A stretch of DNA of 64,000 bases from Promethearchaeati archaeon (GTDB taxonomy: Archaea; Asgardarchaeota; Heimdallarchaeia; Heimdallarchaeales; Heimdallarchaeaceae), in NCBI GenBank assembly GCA_013166775.1, contig JABLTJ010000005.1, forward strand, positions 32,001 to 96,000, read 5' to 3'. The translations under genes were made by a program, and so were the position numbers. The notes under the pieces are model-generated. The model did no database searches. It saw only the letters and a program-made list of their open reading frames with translations, and was not told the DNA's origin. Positions 9,932 to 19,714 of the stretch are shown here, piece after piece. The stretch's first letter is position 1. The number at the start of each line of letters is the position of its first letter.

Positions 9932-11074
9932 CACTTTTTCATATACTTTTTGGGTGAGATTTACTGTTTCTTTCCAAGAGTATTTTTCCGCAATTTTTAG
10001 TGATTTTTCTCTTATTGTATCTAAGGTTTGTTTATTCTGATTCAGTTCAATGATTTTATCAGCGATATCTTGAATCTCTCTTGGGGCAAGAATGATGGTA
10101 TCATTATGATCAAAGGTTGCTGCTTGCGGAGTAGAGATAATTGGTACTTGACACGCTAATGCTTCCAAAAGAGTTAAATTCATGCCCTCGTGGCTGGAAG
10201 GGAGTAGAAAAACATCTAGGGAACTTAAGAAAGCATTTTTTTTCTCAATATCATAGATATATCCAAAATCTACAATATTCTCCTCAAGACTATGATTTTT
10301 TATTATCTTTCGAATATCAGTTCTAGTGTTTAAATCATCACCTGCTAGAAGCAGTTTTACATTAGGGATGCTTTTTTTAACTTTCCTAATTATTGGGAAA
10401 AGAAGTTTAGCCCCTTTTCCTGCTGTCATTCTCCCTAGAAATCCTAAAACAAATTCGTCTTCTTTTTTAGTGTAAAGTTTCTTGCTTGTTCTATGATGAG
10501 TTGTTAAATCCACTCCATTTGGAATAACAGTAATTTTTTCTTCAGAGATTGAGTAATTTGTCATTAATTCGTTTTTTATTGTTTCACTAACTGCTATTAT
10601 GTGTCTTGCTCTTTTTAATAATCTCATCTCAATTTTTTTTAGCCAAGGATACAGCAACAATACTCTTTTTTCAACCCAACTTAAAGAATGAAAAGGTTCA
10701 GATTTAGCACCTCTTCTCTCTCTACTGAAAGTTGTATGAACCGTCTCAATAATGGGATAATCATCTTTTATTCCTAAAGATGAAAGAAGATTCATATTTC
10801 CATGAACAATTTCTGGTTTGATTTTGTTTACCACAGTCGAGGATTTTCTCCAAAAATTACGAGAGTAAAACAATTTAGATGAAGATGTTGCAACAAGTTT
10901 GAGCGATATATTTTTTCCAAACTTCGATTCAGTAGAATCTTTTTTTTCTGCAGCAATAATATGAGGTTCCCATATCTGCTCTTTCTTTAATTCACTAGCT
11001 AAATGATAACAATAAACCCAAGTAGCACCTTTCAGATATTCTTGTGTTAACAAACAAACATTTTTCCTTTTCAT
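9920..11074 (-). CDS. Glycosyltransferase family 4
   Basis: IIAVSE, VIPNGVD, GFLGR..KG, EGMNLTLLEALAC. Confidence 0.92.
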   Translation of the reverse strand: MKRKNVCLLTQEYLKGATWVYCYHLASELKKEQIWEPHIIAAEKKDSTESKFGKNISLKLVATSSSKLFYSRNFWRKSSTVVNKIKPEIVHGNMNLLSSLGIKDDYPIIETVHTTFSRERRGAKSEPFHSLSWVEKRVLLLYPWLKKIEMRLLKRARHIIAVSETIKNELMTNYSISEEKITVIPNGVDLTTHHRTSKKLYTKKEDEFVLGFLGRMTAGKGAKLLFPIIRKVKKSIPNVKLLLAGDDLNTRTDIRKIIKNHSLEENIVDFGYIYDIEKKNAFLSSLDVFLLPSSHEGMNLTLLEALACQVPIISTPQAATFDHNDTIILAPREIQDIADKIIELNQNKQTLDTIREKSLKIAEKYSWKETVNLTQKVYEKVLIG

Positions 11075-11970
11075 TTTTTTACATCACCAAATAATTGATC
11101 ATATTCAATAACAGGAAAATCTGTTTGAGTTTGAATAAATTCACTGTGAGTTAAAGTTTGCATATCTAGCTTGATTGCTAAATTAACAATTTCCTTTAGT
11201 AGATTATTGAGCTTTATTGGTTCATATATTGAATGAACATATAAGCAGATGTATTTTTTTCCTAAATCTACACATTCCTCAAATCGTTTTCTATACTCTT
11301 TTTTTATCTGATTTAGCGTTTTTCCTTGAAGGATGAATTCTTCGATAGATGTCTCAGTTACAGGTAGTTGAGGAATTTGGAAAGATTTCTTTTGATTTCC
11401 TCTACCTTTGAATTGAAGATTAATGGGAATAGGATGATATAGATCGGAACTAAAACTAAAATTTTCTTCCTTTAGCAAGTGAAAATAATGTTTGTTTATC
11501 TGAAAATTCGGTGCAGCATTAGCTATGGGTCTCCGACTAAAGATTTTTGTGTACTCTTCTATTAGTGATTCTACATTTTCTTTTGTTTTCTCATAACTTA
11601 ATCCACTAAAAGATTTGGACCATTTCACGTGATTGTACCCATGAGGATGAAATTCAATTAATTTTTCAGTGTTATATTCCTGAAGTTTCCTTATTTCATT
11701 CTCTTTTATTCCTCTAGGTGGTAATAACAAACCTCGAACAATGCTTTTAGGATGATTTCTTTTCCATAGAGGTATTCTTTTTTCCGTTATCTCTTTATTT
11801 TTAATTATGCGAAAAAGATTTCTTCCAGTGGCATACTTCCCCAAACTAAGATAAATTGTTACAGAACATTCTAGTTTTAAAGCAAAATCAACCACTTTAG
11901 GGATTCCTAATTTTAAACCTTCAAATGTATCAACATCGACCCTAAGACAGAAGTTTGTTTCGGTGGTCAT
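11071..11970 (-). CDS. Polysaccharide deacetylase, ArnD-like deformylase
   Basis: LRVDVDTFEG..GIP resembles ArnD LRIDVDT.RG; HGYNHVKW; SSD; IPQLPVT. Confidence 0.75.
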   Translation of the reverse strand: MTTETNFCLRVDVDTFEGLKLGIPKVVDFALKLECSVTIYLSLGKYATGRNLFRIIKNKEITEKRIPLWKRNHPKSIVRGLLLPPRGIKENEIRKLQEYNTEKLIEFHPHGYNHVKWSKSFSGLSYEKTKENVESLIEEYTKIFSRRPIANAAPNFQINKHYFHLLKEENFSFSSDLYHPIPINLQFKGRGNQKKSFQIPQLPVTETSIEEFILQGKTLNQIKKEYRKRFEECVDLGKKYICLYVHSIYEPIKLNNLLKEIVNLAIKLDMQTLTHSEFIQTQTDFPVIEYDQLFGDVKK

Positions 11971-11995
11971 TTATTTCGATTCTCTTTGTTTGGAT

Positions 11996-13216
11996 TTATT
12001 TCTTCTTTTCTAATGTCTTATAATATATCTGTTCAATTTCTTTAGCTTTCTTCTCCCAAGTATAGTTTTGTTTAATTTCCTCATAACCTAATGAGGCTAA
12101 TTCCTCTGCTTTTTGCTCAGATTTCAATAGGTTCAGAATTGCATCTGCTATACCCTCGTTTTCTTTTGCAGGCACTAAGACGCAATTTTTACCATTGTTA
12201 GTTATCTCTCTTATTCCAGGAATATCTGATGCAACTACTGGTTTATTCATAGCCATCGCTTCAAGGACGCTAATGCTTGAAGCTTCTACGATGCTAGGAA
12301 CAACGACAATATCAGCTACTGCTAAATATGCAGGTACTTCTTTGTTTGCTACCATACCTATAAAGTGAACATTCTTTACAATCCCCAATTCGTTTATTTC
12401 CTTGGTAATTCGTGCTTTCTCTGGTCCATCTCCAATAATAATTAATTTTGCTTTTGGGAATTTTTCAACAACTTTCTTGAAAGCTTTCACCAAGTACAAC
12501 ACACCGTTTTTAACAACTAATCGTCTAGTTGTCATAACTATAGGTCCTTCTTCCTCTTTCAAGAGTAAATTTGGCTTAATGTTTGGTGAGAATATATCTG
12601 TATCCACACCATTTAAAACAGTATTAATTTTTGCTTTTGCTTTTACATTACACCAATTTTTTACGGTTTCTGCAAAATCATAATCTGTGTGGATTTGGTA
12701 ATGGCATCTTTTAGCGAGATATGGTGCCAATCTCTTTTCCATTTGTCTATAAAATAATACAGTTAGAGGATTTTTTACTAATTGTTTCCAATATTTGTAA
12801 TATGATCCATGAATGGTGTTAATTACTTTGGACTGTCTTACTTTTCCTAAGGACAAAGCTGTTAATCCAGCAGAGTAGACGTGACCATGAATGATGTCAT
12901 ACTTCTCATTTTCTAGTATCTTGTTTTTTTGTGTTAATTTTGTTTTTAAGAGAAAGAAGAGCTGTCTTGTAAAATTCAACTGTTGCGGATTATATGATCG
13001 TTTTATTAATGATAAGAAGTCAAGTCTTTTGTAATTAACTCCTTCAATAGATATTTTTTCTCTACAATTTGGTATTGCTCCAGTGAAATACGTTACTTTA
13101 TGTCCCAATTTGACTAGTTCTTTTGATATACTATATGCGTGAAGCTCTACTCCTCCACCAATGCTTCCGGAGTCATCAGGTCCTAGCTCAAACAACATTG
13201 CGATATTTAATGTCAT
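11996..13216 (-). CDS. Glycosyltransferase family 4
   Basis: GGGVE, NGVD, IIGDGPE, VLEAMA..KPVVASDIPG. Confidence 0.93.
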   Translation of the reverse strand: MTLNIAMLFELGPDDSGSIGGGVELHAYSISKELVKLGHKVTYFTGAIPNCREKISIEGVNYKRLDFLSLIKRSYNPQQLNFTRQLFFLLKTKLTQKNKILENEKYDIIHGHVYSAGLTALSLGKVRQSKVINTIHGSYYKYWKQLVKNPLTVLFYRQMEKRLAPYLAKRCHYQIHTDYDFAETVKNWCNVKAKAKINTVLNGVDTDIFSPNIKPNLLLKEEEGPIVMTTRRLVVKNGVLYLVKAFKKVVEKFPKAKLIIIGDGPEKARITKEINELGIVKNVHFIGMVANKEVPAYLAVADIVVVPSIVEASSISVLEAMAMNKPVVASDIPGIREITNNGKNCVLVPAKENEGIADAILNLLKSEQKAEELASLGYEEIKQNYTWEKKAKEIEQIYYKTLEKKK

Positions 13217-14220
13217 TTATTTCCCTTCTGTACCTTAGGTAAGAATATTTCTTGGATTATCCCTAAACTCCAACAAATATGCCCCTCAAAAAACATAATT
13301 GGTAGTAGATAAAGGAATTTCCATTTTTTGTAGCGTATAGATTGAATTAGGGATGTAAGTAAAATTGTGAGTAGATAAAATCCAAAATATCCTGCTATAC
13401 CCAATCCAACCCAGTAATTTGCTAATAAAGCTAAAATGAAGAAAATTCCTGTGATAAAATATAACGGAGGTAGCACGTGTCCAAAATCTAATCCTGCATT
13501 ATGAGCTCTAAAAAACTGTATTTTACCTCTAGCATATTTCTTCGCTTTATTTCTATAAGCTTTATGCGTTTGAGGGCGCTGATGATACACTATTGCATTT
13601 GGTTCAAAATAGATTGAGTACCCCTTTTGAATCAGTTTATAATTGATTTCTGTATCTTCAGCTGTGATTAGATTTTCATTGAAAGGCATTACTTCTTCAA
13701 GATAAACACGCTTATAGGCTGCATTGCAACCAGCGGCACTTTGGACATACCTATTTTCTTTGTTAAATATACTCTTTATGTGCTCTGTCCAATTACCTCC
13801 AATAAATGTATTGTACACCGCACTTACTGCTTTCCCAAAATCCGTTTCATTTGGATACTCTATGTTAGGTCCAGTAGTGCACACAACTTCTCGTCCATGA
13901 TCTTCATCAAAAGCTACTATCAAATTCTCGAGCCAATCTTCTTTTGCTATTGCGTCAGCATCAATGAAAACAATATAGTCCCCCTTAGCTTCTGGAACAC
14001 CAACATTACAAGCTGCAGCTCTAGATCCTCCTTCTTCATAGAGTATTTTACACTCAAATTTCTTTGCAATATCGATAGTTGAATCTTTAGAGTGACCATC
14101 GACAATAATTATCTCTTCTGGAGATTGTGTCTGTTTCACCAATGATTCTAAACAATCTTCGATTGTTGAACTGCTATTATAAGTTGGAATAACTATAGAG
14201 ACGGAATTCATACCAATCAT
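13213..14220 (-). CDS. Glycosyltransferase family 2 with C-terminal TM helices
   Basis: SIVIPTYN, VDGHSKD, FIDAD, AED. Confidence 0.93.
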   Translation of the reverse strand: MIGMNSVSIVIPTYNSSSTIEDCLESLVKQTQSPEEIIIVDGHSKDSTIDIAKKFECKILYEEGGSRAAACNVGVPEAKGDYIVFIDADAIAKEDWLENLIVAFDEDHGREVVCTTGPNIEYPNETDFGKAVSAVYNTFIGGNWTEHIKSIFNKENRYVQSAAGCNAAYKRVYLEEVMPFNENLITAEDTEINYKLIQKGYSIYFEPNAIVYHQRPQTHKAYRNKAKKYARGKIQFFRAHNAGLDFGHVLPPLYFITGIFFILALLANYWVGLGIAGYFGFYLLTILLTSLIQSIRYKKWKFLYLLPIMFFEGHICWSLGIIQEIFLPKVQKGNK

Positions 14221-14225
14221 TCACA

Positions 14226-14735
14226 CTAATTTATTGTTATAATCTCTTCCTTCATAAAATGTTTCTTCTTATATCCACCTGACTCATACATAGCAGTTTG
14301 ATATTCAAAAACAATCTGGGGTTCTTTCTCTAAATAATCCTCAATTATTTTTCTAGCTTCTTCCAATAACGTTTCCAAACTGACTTCTTGTGTTAATGGA
14401 CAATACCAAACCAACCATTCGATTTTATAAGAACCAACCTTGTTCTCTTTGATTTTTAGAAAAATAGGAAAGAGTTTGCAATCAAGTGGTCTATTCTCAT
14501 AAATGCTGCAGAGATTTCTTTCTGTTAAGAAATAACAATCTCTTGATTCTTTTTTCTTTTCCACAATATGAACTATCTTTTCCGATTCCTCTATTTTCCT
14601 TATCCAATTATCATCAGAAATCTGTTTATTTATTCTTGAAATATCCTCTGATGTTAAGGCTGGTGGAGTGCTTCTGCAACACTTACTCTCACATCTTTCA
14701 GCACAAATTAACAATCTCTGACTTTTTTTTGTCAT
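14226..14735 (-). CDS. YkgJ/FliB-family cysteine-cluster protein
   Basis: C..RC...CC, CYFL, CSIYENRPLDCKLFP. Confidence 0.85.
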   Translation of the reverse strand: MTKKSQRLLICAERCESKCCRSTPPALTSEDISRINKQISDDNWIRKIEESEKIVHIVEKKKESRDCYFLTERNLCSIYENRPLDCKLFPIFLKIKENKVGSYKIEWLVWYCPLTQEVSLETLLEEARKIIEDYLEKEPQIVFEYQTAMYESGGYKKKHFMKEEIITIN

Positions 14736-14789
14736 ATTGTTGGTTCATCTCTTTTCTTTTCAAGGAATACGAACTAGTTGAAATGTCAG

Positions 14790-16064
14790 CTAGAAAGCTT
14801 CTTCAACCATTTTCTCAAGATTATCTGCTGGTTTGATCAGCTTTAATTCTTCTTCTTTGTTTAATTCATACACAGCTGGTCTAGGGTATCCGAATTGTTC
14901 ACTCATTGATAGTGTATATGCACCACAATTCAAAATTATCAATATATCTTCTTCTTCCAATTTGAAATTCACAGCTTCATTCGAAATAACATCAACTGGT
15001 AAACAGAGAGGTCCTCCTAGATTACAATATTGGTCTTTACCTTTGTCATTAACAGGGAGTGCTTTATAGTGTGAATATCTCATTGGAATAAGAGAATTTG
15101 CACCTATATCCGTGAAAGCCCATTTTCTTCCCCATGTTTTTTTTGTTCGTAGTATTTTAGTTAATGCCACAAAACTATCTTCAATTAAATACCGTCCGGG
15201 TTCAAAAATTATCAACTTATCTTTAACACCTTCAATATTCATTGCAATTTGTTTACCCAGTTTCTCAAGACTAAATTCTTTATTATCTAGTGTGGATTTA
15301 CTTGCCAAACCTCCACCAAGGTTAATCTGTTTTATTACAATATTGTCTTTCTTCTCGAGATCAATAATATATTTGTTAAGAAAAGAAAGAAGTTCATCAT
15401 AAAAATCATGGGAAGTTAAATTTGTTCCAACATGAACATGGACACCAACAGGATCCAGATTTTGGTTATCTCTGGCAAATCTAAAAAACTTTAATCCTCT
15501 TGTGAAATCGACACCTAATTTACTATTTTTTCTTATTAATAGTCGTTTTTCAGTTTCATCTTTAAATTGCGGATGAATTCTGATTGTTATCGGTTGAATT
15601 TTTTGCTCTGTTTCAGCTATTTTCGCAATTAGTTTGAGTTCATCCAATGAATCAACGTTGATATATCCCACTCCCTTAGATATAGCATATTGTAATTCCT
15701 CTGCTGTTTTAGCAGGACCGTTAAAGATTACTTTACCCCACGAATAACCAGCTCTTTCAGCTAGTTTCATTTCAAACAATGACATTACTTCAATACCTAT
15801 ATCTCTTGTTTTTGCAATTGAAAGTACCCTCCCAAGATAATTTGCCTTAATTGCATATGACATAAAGATATTTGGGAGATTTTTTTGTAAAGCTTTTTCA
15901 AAGAAATCGATATTATTTAAGAATCTCGTGGGAAGAAAGATGAACATTGGTGTTGTTTTATCTTTTACAATGGCTTCTGCAAGTTGCTCTCTTATGTACA
16001 ATTTCTTATTTCTATACGAAAGATAAGGATAGTTTTCAATTAATTGATCCATTCTTTGTACCAC
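14790..16064 (-). CDS. PLP fold-III decarboxylase (diaminopimelate/ornithine/arginine decarboxylase family)
   Basis: YAIKAN, FNGPAK, HVHVG, NLGGG, EPGRY, GPLC, GAY; substrate not determinable. Confidence 0.88.
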   Translation of the reverse strand: MVQRMDQLIENYPYLSYRNKKLYIREQLAEAIVKDKTTPMFIFLPTRFLNNIDFFEKALQKNLPNIFMSYAIKANYLGRVLSIAKTRDIGIEVMSLFEMKLAERAGYSWGKVIFNGPAKTAEELQYAISKGVGYINVDSLDELKLIAKIAETEQKIQPITIRIHPQFKDETEKRLLIRKNSKLGVDFTRGLKFFRFARDNQNLDPVGVHVHVGTNLTSHDFYDELLSFLNKYIIDLEKKDNIVIKQINLGGGLASKSTLDNKEFSLEKLGKQIAMNIEGVKDKLIIFEPGRYLIEDSFVALTKILRTKKTWGRKWAFTDIGANSLIPMRYSHYKALPVNDKGKDQYCNLGGPLCLPVDVISNEAVNFKLEEEDILIILNCGAYTLSMSEQFGYPRPAVYELNKEEELKLIKPADNLEKMVEEAF

Positions 16065-16187
16065 TCTTCATTAACAACATAAATTCTCATTTAAATAATG
16101 TTATCGTTAAAATTCTGGTTAAAATAAGTAAATCTCTAGATGTCTTTATCCAGCAGATTTTTGAATAAGAATCCATGATAATCCATT

Positions 16188-17366
16188 ATGGACAGAAAAA
16201 AAATCTTCAGTGAACTGTCCGACATTCAAAAAAATGTTGAGTTAAGAGAAGGCATTTTAGGATTAATACGATTATTAGGTTTAATTGAAAGGTTCCAAAG
16301 TGTTACAATGCGTAAAGTATCTCAAGAAAGCAATATACCGGTGCCAATTTGTACTGCTGTAAGAAATGAGTTTATTAAACAAAATTGGTGTGAAAGAGAT
16401 GCAAATGGAACAATAACTACCTCGTTGGGGAAAGAAGTTTTACAAATTTTAGGCGTTGTAGGTGAAAACATTACATGTTCAAAATGCTCTGGAGAAGGAC
16501 TGATTTTTCCTAAAGAAAAATATCAAAAAGAACTTGAGCTGCTCACAAAGTATTGTGAAATGAGAGGAATACCTAATACATTAATTGACCAATCCTATGC
16601 TACGTCGGAAACTAGTCTCTCTCGAGTCCTTTTTATGAACCATAATTTTGATTTAATTCATCAGAATTTCGCATTTCTAGGAGATAGTGATTTAACGAGT
16701 ATTGCTTTAGGTATGTTTGCTCCATCTACTTGTAGGATAGTAGTTTTTGACATCGACCAAAGATTGAAAGAGATTATTGATTTGGCAAACAAGCAACTTA
16801 ACCTTTCCATTGAATTTGTAGAAATAGATCTTAAAAAGCCTTTACAGAATGAATTTATTAATCAATTCAATTGCATAATAACTGATCCACCTTATACTTT
16901 GAATGGAACCTCTTTGTTTGTTTCCAGGGGCATAGAGTTAATAACTTCAGATAATGAAGGGGTTATTTATCTTTCTTTCCCAACAAAAGCTCCAAATGAA
17001 ATGGTGCAATTCCAGAAAAATCTATCAGAAATGAACTGTTTAATGACAGATATTATCCCGAAATTTAACAAATATATTGGTGCTCAGAAAATTGGTGGTG
17101 TTTCAACACTATTCAGATTATTAGTGGTTCCACCTGCAATACCAAAAATAAAAGGTAGTTTTAACAAGCCGATTTATACTGGGGAAGCAAGTCCTACAAT
17201 AAGATTCTATCAATGTTTAGACTGTCGAAAAACAATAAAAGTTGGACATAGAGAAAAATATCAGACTATTGAACAACTAAAAAAACAAAGCTGTCCAAAT
17301 TGTAAGAGTGTAAAGTTTCGAAAAACAGATGAAAAAAAACAGAATGATTTAAAATACAGACTTTGA
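16188..17366 (+). CDS. N4-bis(aminopropyl)spermidine synthase-like (BpsA/DUF43) with Zn-ribbon motifs
   Basis: CSKCSG, DQSYATSET..R, LGDSDLTS, FDID, TDPPYT; C-terminal CLDC...CPNC. Confidence 0.75.
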   Translation: MDRKKIFSELSDIQKNVELREGILGLIRLLGLIERFQSVTMRKVSQESNIPVPICTAVRNEFIKQNWCERDANGTITTSLGKEVLQILGVVGENITCSKCSGEGLIFPKEKYQKELELLTKYCEMRGIPNTLIDQSYATSETSLSRVLFMNHNFDLIHQNFAFLGDSDLTSIALGMFAPSTCRIVVFDIDQRLKEIIDLANKQLNLSIEFVEIDLKKPLQNEFINQFNCIITDPPYTLNGTSLFVSRGIELITSDNEGVIYLSFPTKAPNEMVQFQKNLSEMNCLMTDIIPKFNKYIGAQKIGGVSTLFRLLVVPPAIPKIKGSFNKPIYTGEASPTIRFYQCLDCRKTIKVGHREKYQTIEQLKKQSCPNCKSVKFRKTDEKKQNDLKYRL

Positions 17367-17378
17367 TATTAAAGAATC

Positions 17379-18053
17379 ATGAAGATTTTTGATAACATAA
17401 TTCTAATTCCAGGTGGTGGAAATTGTTATCTTATCGAACGAGAGCAAGAGTGCGTGTTAATAGATACTGGAATGTCAAAGAAAGCATCAAAGTTAATAAA
17501 GACAATAAATAGAAATTTCCCATATAAACCTCTAGAAGCTATTATACTTACCCATTCTCATCAAGATCATATAGGAGGGACAGAAGAGCTTAGAAAATTA
17601 TACAAACCATCAATCATAGCTCACGAAAAAGAAACTCCATATATTGAGCAAACAAAAAAATTGCCTAGTTTTGAAGGTTTTGGTGGTTTTATGCTAAAAA
17701 TACTAGAAGGAATGCTAGGTAGTCCTAGTTCTAAAGTGGATAAAAAAGTAGTGGACAATGATGTTGTATATGGTTTAAAAATCATGCATCTACCTGGCCA
17801 TACTCCAGGAACTATTGCATTAGTTGATGTAGAGAACCAAATTTTATTCTGTGGTGATATCATTAATGCAGACAAGAAAGGGAAAAAAATATTACCACCA
17901 AAGAAAGCTTATGCTATTGATTATGAACAAGCATTAAAATCATCAATAAAGATGTTGGAAGTAACATCACCGAGTGTTATTTTACCAGGTCATGGATCTC
18001 CAATTCTTGAACCAGAAAAGGCAATAAAAATGTATTTAGATGAATATAGATAG
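17379..18053 (+). CDS. MBL-fold metallo-hydrolase
   Basis: THSHQDHIGG, PGHTPG, GD, PGHG. Confidence 0.92.
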   Translation: MKIFDNIILIPGGGNCYLIEREQECVLIDTGMSKKASKLIKTINRNFPYKPLEAIILTHSHQDHIGGTEELRKLYKPSIIAHEKETPYIEQTKKLPSFEGFGGFMLKILEGMLGSPSSKVDKKVVDNDVVYGLKIMHLPGHTPGTIALVDVENQILFCGDIINADKKGKKILPPKKAYAIDYEQALKSSIKMLEVTSPSVILPGHGSPILEPEKAIKMYLDEYR

Positions 18054-18061
18054 GTGTACTT

Positions 18062-19714
18062 GTGTTTCGTAAATCTGCATACTTCTCTGCACTAATATTG
18101 GGGAAAATAGCAATAATTTTTCTCATTCTTTACTTCAATTTGGGAATGTTTGGATTTGATTCTTATATCCATCTTCAGTATGTAGATTCTATCTTAACAA
18201 ATGGTCACATAACAGAACTTAGTATTGCACAATCTTACTACGATTTTGTAGGTTTTCATGTTTTTGCATCTGCTATATCATCCTTAACCGGGTTAAGCGC
18301 AGAAATGCTTTATGAGTTCATAAGCACCATCCTACCTATTCTAATATTCGATTTATCAATAGTTGCCTTTATTCATCATACTGGAAAGAAGAAAAAGGGT
18401 TATGATTCTCAAGATTTTAATCTTCAATATCTCGCTCTTGTGCTCCTATTCCCATCCATTATTGGAATTCAAATGTTCCTAGGTAGACCTAATTCACTAG
18501 GAATCAGTTTATTCTGTTTGTGTTTGTACCTTTATCTTTGCAAACCTGAAAGTTTCAGAGCACAACTTATTGCAGGTTTCCTTGCTATAGTCACTGTTAA
18601 AGTTCATCATTTATCTGCTGTTTTCTTACTACCTGTTATCCTCTTTGTAAGCATATTCCTTGCTGAAGATTACAAGTCAATTTTATCACTCGTTTATGCC
18701 CTACCTGCTGTTATTATAGTCAATACTATACTCAATTCTAGAGAATTTAATATTGTGAATTATTACTTTACGAGAAACGAGTTCTATGAGGTGCTCTACA
18801 ATGTTTTTATAAAGAACATGTTCTCATTACTTGTGCTCTGGGTAATCATAACTTTGATAGGTTTTCTGATAAGAAAACGGTACGGAAAAAGAGTATCGGA
18901 ATTTTTCACTAAGCAAAAATTTTCAAAAATATCTCTTATAATAATAGCTGGAGGGATGGTTATTGTACAAATCATAGGATTATTTTTTTACACTTCCAAT
19001 CTTCCCTCTTGGTATGTTTCTACAGAGCTTGTAATTCTTTTTCTTTTAAGTGGGGTAGCCTTAATTAAACCTAATAGAGTGAAATATGCACTTTTTATTC
19101 TAGGTTTTTGTTTTTATGGCTTAACTGTAATTTTTTCTCTTGTGTTTAGTGCTACAGAACATGAGCTTTCTTGGGTAGCACCTAGAACATTTGTTTTTAC
19201 AATCATTTTTGTTGGAATTCTTAGTTTTCTATCTATTTCTGGATTCTTAAAATCTCTGAAGAAAAAGTGGGCAACTCTTCTTGTAGTTGTTCTACTCTTT
19301 AATTCTTATCTCAGCCTTGCTTACATAGGAGATCAATATCTTCCAGGTTATAACCTAACCAATGAGTACTATGACTTAACTTTTGCTTATAATATTGAAA
19401 CAAATGTTGATTTTGCTAGCTCAACAATCAGTATGCCATTTTCTATTTCAAAATTTATTACAGGAATTAATATTTACACTATACCTCAGTTGTTGGATTC
19501 TAATTCTTCAATGAAAACGAATGCACTTCGCATGAAATCATTCTTTTTCATAAGATATATAGTGATTGGTGAAGTAATGGATCAATGGCTTGGAACACCA
19601 ATAAAACTTACGCCAGAAGAACTCATGTTTTACGTTTGCTTGAATTATAATAATATACCTTTATTCCATTTGATAACAAGTAATGGGAAAAATTTCTTAC
19701 TTTATAGGACTTAG
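18062..19714 (+). CDS. Polytopic membrane protein, possibly GT-C-like glycan assembly protein
   Basis: About 13 TMs; GFDSYIH in first loop; KVHH; context among glycosyltransferases. Confidence 0.55.
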   Translation: MFRKSAYFSALILGKIAIIFLILYFNLGMFGFDSYIHLQYVDSILTNGHITELSIAQSYYDFVGFHVFASAISSLTGLSAEMLYEFISTILPILIFDLSIVAFIHHTGKKKKGYDSQDFNLQYLALVLLFPSIIGIQMFLGRPNSLGISLFCLCLYLYLCKPESFRAQLIAGFLAIVTVKVHHLSAVFLLPVILFVSIFLAEDYKSILSLVYALPAVIIVNTILNSREFNIVNYYFTRNEFYEVLYNVFIKNMFSLLVLWVIITLIGFLIRKRYGKRVSEFFTKQKFSKISLIIIAGGMVIVQIIGLFFYTSNLPSWYVSTELVILFLLSGVALIKPNRVKYALFILGFCFYGLTVIFSLVFSATEHELSWVAPRTFVFTIIFVGILSFLSISGFLKSLKKKWATLLVVVLLFNSYLSLAYIGDQYLPGYNLTNEYYDLTFAYNIETNVDFASSTISMPFSISKFITGINIYTIPQLLDSNSSMKTNALRMKSFFFIRYIVIGEVMDQWLGTPIKLTPEELMFYVCLNYNNIPLFHLITSNGKNFLLYRT

